Shown here: positions 1 to 5,887 of the stretch, in pieces
Numbering within the stretch: the stretch's first letter is position 1
How the letters are laid out: each line of letters begins with the position of its first letter
Origin: Candidatus Saccharimonadota bacterium
Lineage (GTDB): Bacteria > Pseudomonadota > Gammaproteobacteria > Enterobacterales > Enterobacteriaceae
Direction: 5' to 3'
Assembly: GCF_012571345.1 (NCBI RefSeq)
Contig: NZ_CP046218.1
Span: 454,294-460,180, forward strand
DNA: 5,887 nucleotides
Program-made: the position numbers and the translations under genes
The notes under the pieces: generated by a model
The model's database searches: none
What the model was told of the DNA's origin: nothing
What the model saw: the letters and a program-made list of their open reading frames with translations, nothing else

Positions 1-2
1 AT

Positions 3-68
3 GATGTTAAACCTAGAAAAAAATTTATACATCAAAACGCATTAAAAGTTACTAATCTTGATATTTAA
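3..68 (+). CDS. Probable 3' end of an unidentified upstream CDS, 5'-truncated by the window edge (...DVKPRKKFIHQNALKVTNLDI*)
   Basis: Frame 3 is open from the window edge to TAA at 66-68 (21 codons). Its G/C falls at codon positions 1 and 2 with only one G/C at position 3, as in the confirmed genes here. The alternative frame 1 (1..45, MMLNLEKNLYIKTH*) has most of its G/C at position 3, which is atypical. All three minus-strand frames carry stops between 7 and 44, so no minus-strand gene can start in 45..131 and run out of the window. The fragment is too short to assign a product. Confidence 0.3.
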   Translation, partial: DVKPRKKFIHQNALKVTNLDI

Positions 69-131
69 ACATACAAATTAGATTACTACTTTTATTTTTT
101 AAAAAGTTTTAAAAACATGTTAATAATTATA

Positions 132-398
132 TTATTTGTAACGATTATAAAACAAATTTTGTGTAATATGTAGATGATTCTCTATATTATTTTCATTATT
201 TTTAAAAATATTTTGATTTATTAATCCTTGTTCAATTTCTTTTAGGGCTATTATTGTTGTTTTAATATGATTGTGATTGTTTATTAAAGGATTTTTCCCT
301 TTTATTTGTATTTGTCTCGCTCTAGCAGAAGCAATAAGTACTAAATCAAAACGATTACCAATATTCTGTACTGCTTTATCTACAGTAATTTTTACCAT
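132..398 (-). CDS. rpoZ: DNA-directed RNA polymerase subunit omega
   Basis: The 88-aa ORF aligns by eye over its N-terminal ~60 residues to E. coli RpoZ (91 aa). Shared blocks are [17 protein letters not shown] and KTT.IAL.EIE.GLIN. The C-terminal tail is diverged. An AGGA(T) Shine-Dalgarno-like element lies on the minus strand at 409-413, about 10-11 nt upstream of the ATG at 398. Confidence 0.93.
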   Translation of the reverse strand: MVKITVDKAVQNIGNRFDLVLIASARARQIQIKGKNPLINNHNHIKTTIIALKEIEQGLINQNIFKNNENNIENHLHITQNLFYNRYK

Positions 399-476
399 AA
401 ATTATCTTATCCTAACTCATTTTAAATATGATATATTATATATTATATTATCATAAAATAATACTTTACAATACAG
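399..476. promoter_or_regulatory. Divergent intergenic region between rpoZ (-) and ppa (+), expected to hold both promoters and 5' leaders
   Basis: The two start codons face away from each other across 78 bp (398 and 477). Both genes therefore need transcription initiating in or very near this spacer. The spacer is almost pure A/T with many TATA-like hexamers (for example the tatat run near 431-452). Individual -10/-35 boxes cannot be assigned with confidence. The rpoZ AGGA element is at 410-413; ppa has no recognisable SD. Confidence 0.4.
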
Positions 477-1007
477 ATGAATTTAAATAATATCCCTGCG
501 GGTAATAATATCCCGCATCATATAAATGTAATAGTAGAAATTCCCATAAATACTAATCCTGTTAAATATGAAATAAATAAGAAATATGGTCTGTTATTTG
601 TTGATCGTTTTATTTCTACAACAATGATATATCCATGTAATTATGGTTATATTAACCAAACCTTATCATTAGATGATGATCCATTAGATGTATTGATATT
701 TACAGAATATTATATTTACCCTAGTACAGTTATTGAATGTAGACCTATAGGATTATTAAAAATGTTTGATGAATCTGGAGAAGATAAAAAAATTTTAGCT
801 GTGCCATGTAATAAAATTTCTTTAGCATATCAAAATATAAAAAATATTAGTGATGTTCCCGATATGTTTAAAAATAAAATAATACATTTTTTTAAACATT
901 ATAAAGATCTAGAAAACAATAAATGGAGTAAAATTGATAATTGGTATGATATAGATATTGCTAAAAAAGAAATTATAGTATCAATTAATAGATTTAATAA
1001 TAAATAA
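477..1007 (+). CDS. ppa: Inorganic pyrophosphatase (family I, soluble)
   Basis: The 176-aa ORF matches E. coli Ppa in length and is colinear with it by eye: VEIP, VKYEI, FVDRF, YPCNYGYI, TLSLDDDPLDVL, CRP.G.LKM.DE.GEDKK, HFFKHYKDLE. The residues I recall as the E. coli active-site and metal ligands (E20, K29, E31, R43, Y51, Y55, D65, D67, D70, D97, D102, K104, Y141, K142) all have counterparts. Confidence 0.95.
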   Translation: MNLNNIPAGNNIPHHINVIVEIPINTNPVKYEINKKYGLLFVDRFISTTMIYPCNYGYINQTLSLDDDPLDVLIFTEYYIYPSTVIECRPIGLLKMFDESGEDKKILAVPCNKISLAYQNIKNISDVPDMFKNKIIHFFKHYKDLENNKWSKIDNWYDIDIAKKEIIVSINRFNNK

Positions 1008-1023
1008 AATATTAAAATTTACT

Positions 1024-1060
1024 TATGCATGATTCTTGCATACTCTTGTTATTTATTATT
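1024..1060 (+). terminator. Weak candidate intrinsic terminator downstream of ppa
   Basis: tatgca (1024-1029) pairs with tgcata (1037-1042), giving a 6-bp stem with two G:C pairs and a 7-nt loop (tgattct). A T-rich tract follows (ctcttgttatttattattt). It is the only G/C-containing inverted repeat I see in the intergenic spacers. The stem is short, so termination efficiency is uncertain. Confidence 0.3.
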
Positions 1061-1123
1061 TAATAACTTATATATTTAAAATAATGTGTTCATATAAAAA
1101 ATTTAAAGGTAAATAAATATATT

Positions 1124-2371
1124 ATGTCTAAAATACAAAAAGTATTTGCTAGAGAAATTCTGGATTCTAGAGGTTGTCCTACAATAGAAGCTGAAGTGCA
1201 CTTATCAAATAATATTATAGGACGAGCATCTGTTCCTTCTGGTGCTTCTACTGGTTCGAAAGAAGCTTTAGAATTAAGAGATAAAGATAGTAATCGTTTT
1301 TTAGGTAAAGGAGTATTAAAATCAATTAATATAATTAATAATATTATAAATAAGTATTTAACAAATGAAAATTCTTTAAATCAAGCATCTATTGATGAAA
1401 TTATGATTAATTTAGATAATACAGAAAATAAAAAAAATTTTGGTGCGAATACAATTTTAGCTGTTTCTTTAGCAAATGTTAAGGCAGCAGCATTATATCA
1501 TAATCTTCCATTATTCAAATATATTAGTTATATTTATAATAATTCTAAGAAGCCTTTTATGCCATTACCTATGATTAATATCATTAATGGTGGAAAACAT
1601 GCTAATAATAATTTAGATATACAAGAATTTATGATTCAACCAATAAATGCAATAAATATTAAAGAATCTATTAGAATAGGAGCGGAAATTTTTCATCATT
1701 TAGCACAAGTTTTAAAAACATATAATATGATTACTGCAGTCGGCGATGAAGGAGGTTATGCACCAAATTTAAAAAATAATAGTGAAGCGTTTGATATGAT
1801 TATTGAAGCTATTACTAAAGCTGGTTACATTATAGGACAGGATATTACGTTTGCAATTGATTGTGCAGCTTCTGAATTATATCAAAATAATAAATATCAT
1901 TTATTAGGCGAAAAATTAATTTTAAATTCTCAAGAATTTACAGATTTTTTATTAAAATTAACACAAAAATATCCTATCACATCTATAGAAGATGGATTAC
2001 ATGAATCAGATTGGCAAGGTTTTATTTATCAAACTAAAATATTAGGACGCAAAGTTCAATTAGTTGGAGACGATTTATTTGTTACAAATACAAAATTTCT
2101 AAAAAAAGGAATTACACAACATATTGCTAATGCTATTTTAATTAAACCAAATCAAATTGGTACATTAACAGAAACATTTGCTACTATTAAAATGGCACAA
2201 AATGCTAATTATAAAATTATTATTTCACATCGTTCAGGGGAAACAGAAGATACATTTATCGCTGATCTTGCAGTAGGTGTAGGTGCGGAACAAATTAAAA
2301 CTGGATCTATGAGTCGTTCGGAACGAATAGCTAAATATAATCAATTAATTAGAATTGAAGAAATATTATAA
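1124..2371 (+). CDS. eno: Enolase (phosphopyruvate hydratase)
   Basis: The 415-aa ORF is colinear with E. coli enolase from MSKI..REI.DSRG.PT.EAEVHL through [81 protein letters not shown] and [23 protein letters not shown]. The metal-binding D/E/D positions and the catalytic E, K and H positions are present. It ends about 17 residues before the E. coli C-terminus. Confidence 0.97.
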   Translation: MSKIQKVFAREILDSRGCPTIEAEVHLSNNIIGRASVPSGASTGSKEALELRDKDSNRFLGKGVLKSINIINNIINKYLTNENSLNQASIDEIMINLDNTENKKNFGANTILAVSLANVKAAALYHNLPLFKYISYIYNNSKKPFMPLPMINIINGGKHANNNLDIQEFMIQPINAINIKESIRIGAEIFHHLAQVLKTYNMITAVGDEGGYAPNLKNNSEAFDMIIEAITKAGYIIGQDITFAIDCAASELYQNNKYHLLGEKLILNSQEFTDFLLKLTQKYPITSIEDGLHESDWQGFIYQTKILGRKVQLVGDDLFVTNTKFLKKGITQHIANAILIKPNQIGTLTETFATIKMAQNANYKIIISHRSGETEDTFIADLAVGVGAEQIKTGSMSRSERIAKYNQLIRIEEIL

Positions 2372-2488
2372 ATATTTAATAGTACATATTAACAATGTTT
2401 ATAATATTAAATAAAAATAATATTTTGTTTAGCATTAGATTTTAATTAGTATTATGATAATGAATATAGTGTAATATAAATATATTAT

Positions 2489-4180
2489 ATGCAAACTTCT
2501 AAAGAAAAAGTTATTATTTGGTTAAAACAACAAAGTAAGGTGTCTATACATTTATTAAAATTATCTTATTTATTTAATATTCTTTATGTAATAATTATTG
2601 TGTTGCACCATGCAGTATTAGCACGGCAAATACAATTAGTATTTTTAAAAAAAGAAAATCAAATATTATATATTATGTATAGTTTATGTTTTGTGATGAA
2701 ATCTATTATATATGTAATTATTAATCATTTAAATTATAAATATAGTCAAGCTGTTAAAAATAGTATTCGTAGTCAACTTATTAATAAATTTACTAATTTA
2801 AATTATAATGGATTGTCTGAACAAATAGAAACAAATACAATTGGTAGTCATTTATCCTTACTTATAGATCATGTAGAAAACTTAAAAGAATATTATAACC
2901 AATATGTGCCACAATTATTTACTACTGTAACATTTATATGTTTTATATTCTTTATAATATTTTGCATAAGTTGGTTATCTAGCATAATAATATTATTATG
3001 CAGTATAATAATGATACTTTTTATTATATTAATAGGTTATCAAACTGAAAAAAAAAATAAAAAATATTTTCAAATATTATCAATATTAAGCGGTTTGTTT
3101 TTAAATAGAATAAAACATATAGAAATAATTAGATTATTTAATTTTCCTAAAATAACTATTACAAAATTAATTAAACATATTGAAGATTTTAGAATTAAAA
3201 ATTTAGAAATTTTAAAAATTGCATTTTTAACATCTTCAGTATTAGATTTTTTTACTTCTATATCATTTGCTTTTATCGCGATGTATTTTAGTTTTTCATA
3301 TTTAAATTTAATAAATTTACCAATACAACATATTACTATTTTAAATAGTTTTTTTATATTAATTTTAGTAGCTGAATATTTTCAACATTTTAATAATTTA
3401 GGTTTATTATATCATACTAAAGCTAAAGCTATTGGTGCTGCTGATTTAATTATTCAATTTTTAGAAAATAAAAAATATATTTTACAAGGTAAGAAAATAT
3501 TAATTTTACACAATCAAGAACATATATTTATATATGCAAAGAATTTAATTGTAAAAGATCATTTTAAAAATATATTAATTGGACCTATTTCATTTCAAAT
3601 ACATAATGGACAATGTATCATTCTAACAGGACCTAGTGGTTGTGGCAAATCAACACTGTTAAATGTACTTTTAGGATTTATACCTTATGAAGGAATACTT
3701 AAAATTAATAATATAGATTTTAAATTATTAAATTTATCATACTGGTATCATATAATTTCATGGGTACGACAAAATCCAATATTACCAGCACCTACTATTA
3801 AAGAAAATTTATTTTTTAATAATAATCTTGATATTCATCATATCAATCATATAATGAAAATATTAGGTATTCATCATTTTATTGAAAAATTCCCACAAGG
3901 TTTAGATACAATAATTAATCTTAATACTAATTTTTTATCTATCGGGCAAATACAAAGAATAGCAATTGCTAGAGCTTTAATTAAACCACATAAATTATTA
4001 TTATTAGATGAACCAACATCTAATATTGATCTATTTAGCGAGCAAAATATTCTTCATGCATTACATAATACTATATTAACTACTAGTATTATTTGCACGC
4101 ATAAAATGGATAATATCCAAGATGCGAATCTTATTTGGTTTATGAATAAAGGGAAAATCATTAAAAAAATATTATTGTAA
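2489..4180 (+). CDS. cydD: Cytochrome bd biogenesis ABC transporter, ATP-binding/permease subunit CydD
   Basis: The 563-aa ORF has an N-terminal multi-span hydrophobic domain and a C-terminal ABC ATPase. CydD-specific matches to E. coli are WLKQQS near the N-terminus, LSG.FL.R......R.F, L..AFL.S..L.FFTS.S.A..A.YF.FSYL and YH.KA.A.GAAD. Walker A GPSGCGKST is at 3629-3655 and the signature LSIGQ at 3935-3949 (E. coli CydD also has the variant LSVGQ). Walker B LLLLDE is at 3995-4012 and the H-loop is CTHK. It sits immediately upstream of cydC, as in the E. coli cydDC operon. Confidence 0.9.
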   Translation: MQTSKEKVIIWLKQQSKVSIHLLKLSYLFNILYVIIIVLHHAVLARQIQLVFLKKENQILYIMYSLCFVMKSIIYVIINHLNYKYSQAVKNSIRSQLINKFTNLNYNGLSEQIETNTIGSHLSLLIDHVENLKEYYNQYVPQLFTTVTFICFIFFIIFCISWLSSIIILLCSIIMILFIILIGYQTEKKNKKYFQILSILSGLFLNRIKHIEIIRLFNFPKITITKLIKHIEDFRIKNLEILKIAFLTSSVLDFFTSISFAFIAMYFSFSYLNLINLPIQHITILNSFFILILVAEYFQHFNNLGLLYHTKAKAIGAADLIIQFLENKKYILQGKKILILHNQEHIFIYAKNLIVKDHFKNILIGPISFQIHNGQCIILTGPSGCGKSTLLNVLLGFIPYEGILKINNIDFKLLNLSYWYHIISWVRQNPILPAPTIKENLFFNNNLDIHHINHIMKILGIHHFIEKFPQGLDTIINLNTNFLSIGQIQRIAIARALIKPHKLLLLDEPTSNIDLFSEQNILHALHNTILTTSIICTHKMDNIQDANLIWFMNKGKIIKKILL

Positions 4181-4200
4181 AAACATTTAATATAAATTTT

Positions 4201-4205
4201 AAGGT
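4201..4205 (+). promoter_or_regulatory. Candidate Shine-Dalgarno element (AAGGT) for cydC
   Basis: aaggt at 4201-4205 lies about 9-10 nt upstream of the cydC ATG at 4215, inside the 34-bp cydD-cydC spacer. It is one of only two GG dinucleotides I noted just upstream of a plus-strand start codon here; the other precedes eno. Confidence 0.35.
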
Positions 4206-4214
4206 ACAAACTTA

Positions 4215-5887
4215 ATGTCTTTAATATTATTATTTTTAAAATATCAGAAAAAATATCTCCGTATACTTGTATTAGGAATATTATTAACAATTATAATAAA
4301 TATTATGAATATTTCTTTATTAATTTTTTCTGGTATATTATTAACTTCAGTGTTTATGTTTCACAACAATACTATAGAATATAATTATATTATTCCTTCT
4401 ATAATTATAAGAATATTATCTTTATTTAAAACAATTATAAAATATTGTGAAAAAATAATTAAGCATAATAATACTTTATATATATTAAGTAATTTAAGAA
4501 TTTTAATATTTAAGAAAATTTTTCCTTTACACCCATGTGATATAAGTCATATATACCATCATGAAATATTACATCTTTTTATTACAGATATAGAAAATAT
4601 AGATATTTTATATCTGCAAGTTCTTGTTCCTATAATTAATGTAATATTTATTATATTAATGATATTAATAATTTTATTAATAATACATTATTTATTAGCT
4701 ATAATATTTGTATTATGTTTATGCATACCGTTAATATTATACATCATATATTTTTATAAAAAAAATAAAATTAATAGTTTTACGAACATGATAGTTAAAA
4801 AACAATTTTATTTAATTATATATAATTTTCTTTTATATCAAAAAGAATATAAGATTTTTGAAGATATAGTTAAAGTATGCAAAAAAATAAATTTCTTGCA
4901 AAAACAATGGGATATACAAAACGCAATACAACATTCTTCTAATATTAAGTCTTATATAATTTTATTTACTTTAATAAATATTAATTTTTTGTTTATTATT
5001 ATTATAAGTAAAATATTATTTTTAAAACACATGGTTTCAATATCATTTATTGTTTCTTTATTTTTATGTATTAATATATTAAATCATGTAATATTAGATA
5101 TTAATAATATTATTAATAAAATTCACTATATATTATTATCTATACAAAATGTTTTTAAAATTTTTAAAAAAAAACCTACTGTTACATTTGTTAAACATAC
5201 ATTTTTTTTTAAAAGATTTATATCATTAAAAATAATTAATCTTTCTTTTTATTATCCAACTAACACTATACAGACAAAGATATTAAAAAATATATCATTA
5301 ATGATCACGTATAAAAAAAAAATTGCCATTACAGGACATAATGGTTGTGGTAAATCCACTTTATTAATGTTATTAACTCGTGCGTGGGACCCAACTATTG
5401 GTAATATATATTTAAATAACTGTAATTTAAAAAATATTAGTTTATATATGTTAAGAAAACAGATTAGTATAGTACCACAAAAAACTGATATATTAAATGA
5501 TACACTGATGAACAATTTATTATTAAATAATCAAAATAATAATAATATTAATAAAAAATTTTTAATAAAAATTTTATATTGTGTAGGGTTAAAAAAACTA
5601 TTAGAAAATAATACACAAGGATTACACATGTTATTAGGAGAAAATGGCAGATTATTATCTGGTGGTGAATTAAGAAAATTAGCTATTGCAAGAATATTAT
5701 TACAAAATAGTAATTTAATTTTATTAGACGAACCAACAACAAGTTTAGATAAATATTCTTGTAAAAACATTTTACAAATGCTCTTTACTAAATTTAAAAA
5801 TAAAACTATGATTTTTGTTACACATGATATAAATATTCTTAAAAAAATGGATTATATATATTATATAGATAATGGTTCTATTAAAGC
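4215..5887 (+). CDS. cydC: Cytochrome bd biogenesis ABC transporter, ATP-binding/permease subunit CydC (3'-truncated by window edge)
   Basis: This ORF is not in the supplied track because it has no stop in the window. Hand translation from ATG 4215 gives 557 uninterrupted codons (MSLILLFLKYQKKYLRILVLGILL...YIDNGSIK), remarkable in such stop-codon-rich sequence. The N-terminal two-thirds is hydrophobic transmembrane-like sequence. The C-terminus is an ABC ATPase with Walker A GHNGCGKST (5334-5360) followed by LL..LTRAWDP..G, a near-exact match to E. coli CydC (GRTGCGKSTLLQQLTRAWDPQQG). It also has Q-loop IVPQK, GE.GR.LSGGELR.LAIAR with LSGGE at 5655-5669, Walker B LILLDE (5715-5732) and H-loop VTHD. 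Judging from E. coli CydC (573 aa), about 20 codons or fewer remain beyond the window. Confidence 0.88.
   Translation, partial: MSLILLFLKYQKKYLRILVLGILLTIIINIMNISLLIFSGILLTSVFMFHNNTIEYNYIIPSIIIRILSLFKTIIKYCEKIIKHNNTLYILSNLRILIFKKIFPLHPCDISHIYHHEILHLFITDIENIDILYLQVLVPIINVIFIILMILIILLIIHYLLAIIFVLCLCIPLILYIIYFYKKNKINSFTNMIVKKQFYLIIYNFLLYQKEYKIFEDIVKVCKKINFLQKQWDIQNAIQHSSNIKSYIILFTLININFLFIIIISKILFLKHMVSISFIVSLFLCINILNHVILDINNIINKIHYILLSIQNVFKIFKKKPTVTFVKHTFFFKRFISLKIINLSFYYPTNTIQTKILKNISLMITYKKKIAITGHNGCGKSTLLMLLTRAWDPTIGNIYLNNCNLKNISLYMLRKQISIVPQKTDILNDTLMNNLLLNNQNNNNINKKFLIKILYCVGLKKLLENNTQGLHMLLGENGRLLSGGELRKLAIARILLQNSNLILLDEPTTSLDKYSCKNILQMLFTKFKNKTMIFVTHDINILKKMDYIYYIDNGSIK

Noticed and set aside
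89-116. A/T-only inverted repeats (ctttt...aaaag at 89-106 and gttttaaaaac at 106-116) between the convergent gene tail and rpoZ; possible bidirectional terminator
   Set aside because: The stems are almost entirely A:T with one terminal G:C pair, and would be thermodynamically very weak. Homopolymer-derived palindromes are expected in this composition. I do not consider it supportable as a feature.
407-415. ttatcctaa, resembling a DnaA box (TTATCCACA)
   Set aside because: Only 7 of 9 positions match, with two mismatches among the last three positions. It is a single copy with no cluster or AT-rich unwinding-element arrangement. It also overlaps the rpoZ Shine-Dalgarno complement.
1025-1063. 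12-codon mini-ORF (MHDSCILLLFII*) in the ppa-eno spacer; possible leader peptide
   Set aside because: It has no SD and overlaps the hairpin that already explains the G/C content. Such short ORFs are abundant by chance, and nothing suggests attenuation control of enolase.
1113-1125. 13-mer ataaatatattat shared just upstream of the eno start (1113-1125) and the cydD start (2476-2488); possible common translation or regulatory element
   Set aside because: It consists only of A and T in a roughly 80% A+T background. Comparing two spacers of about 116 bp, a match of this length is expected by chance about once. The register relative to the ATG differs by 2 nt. Without conservation data it is not a credible motif.
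2425-2455. TTGTTT-N19-TATTAT arrangement upstream of cydD; candidate sigma-70 promoter
   Set aside because: The spacer is too long, the -35 match is poor, and TATA-like hexamers occur every few bases in this spacer. It cannot be told apart from background.
4054-4290. 78-aa minus-strand ORF spanning the cydD 3' end, the spacer and the cydC 5' end
   Set aside because: It lies antisense to two confidently identified, motif-bearing genes. Its product is low-complexity hydrophobic sequence with no recognisable motif. Over cydD it occupies the antisense frame where stops arise only opposite sense codons beginning TA or CA, and that frame is typically long by chance.
3629-5360. Both Walker A loops read GCGKSTLL (CydD here has Cys where I recall Ser in E. 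coli CydD); possible gene conversion between cydD and cydC
   Set aside because: The nucleotide sequences differ at several synonymous sites around the shared ggttgtgg core (ggcaaatcaacactg versus ggtaaatccacttta). The flanking sequence is not similar. There is no sign of recent conversion, and it is most likely ordinary variation in the Walker A x positions.
5252-5515. 87-aa minus-strand ORF opposite the CydC Walker A region
   Set aside because: It is antisense to the most conserved part of cydC. It shares a minus frame with the 5531-5770 ORF, the stop-depleted frame relative to the sense codons. It has no SD, no motif and an Ile/Phe/Leu/Asn-rich composition. I treat it as a by-product of sense-strand codon usage.
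5531-5770. 79-aa minus-strand ORF opposite the CydC signature and Walker B region
   Set aside because: The reasoning is the same as for 5252-5515. The sense strand encodes LSGGELRKLAIARIL and LILLDEPT, which fully accounts for conservation of this stretch.
1-5887. Search for a novel system: defence island, toxin-antitoxin pair, CRISPR array, retron, mobile element, or unexplained structured or repeated DNA
   Set aside because: Nearly the whole window is accounted for by six colinear, well-known core genes, including the partial ones at both edges. The remaining spacers are short (34-117 bp) and are A/T-rich low-complexity sequence. I saw no repeat arrays, integrase or transposase fragments, tRNA-like structures or compositionally foreign segments.

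Overview
This is an extremely A+T-rich window, about four-fifths A+T by eye. G/C sits almost entirely at codon positions 1 and 2, and the proteins are rich in Lys, Asn and Ile. That is the signature of a reduced-genome gammaproteobacterial (Enterobacterales-derived) insect endosymbiont; I cannot name the species from sequence alone. The window is densely packed with housekeeping genes. They are rpoZ (RNA polymerase omega, minus strand), a divergent ppa (inorganic pyrophosphatase), eno (enolase), cydD, and a cydC ORF that runs off the right edge. The ORF track omits cydC because it has no stop in the window; I translated it by hand and found 557 uninterrupted codons. A short coding-looking tail (3..68, +) probably ends an unidentified upstream gene. 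All product calls rest on by-eye alignment to E. coli orthologues recalled from memory and on diagnostic motifs, not on a computed search. I found no tRNA or rRNA genes, CRISPR arrays, mobile elements or real repeat families. I found no evidence of a novel or undescribed system: every long ORF is a well-known core gene, and the three minus-strand ORFs inside cydD/cydC look like antisense artefacts. The modestly interesting points are the retention of a complete CydDC exporter with intact motifs, the adjacency of four loci that are unlinked in E. coli, long slippage-prone homopolymer tracts inside essential CDSs, and weak translation and termination signals.
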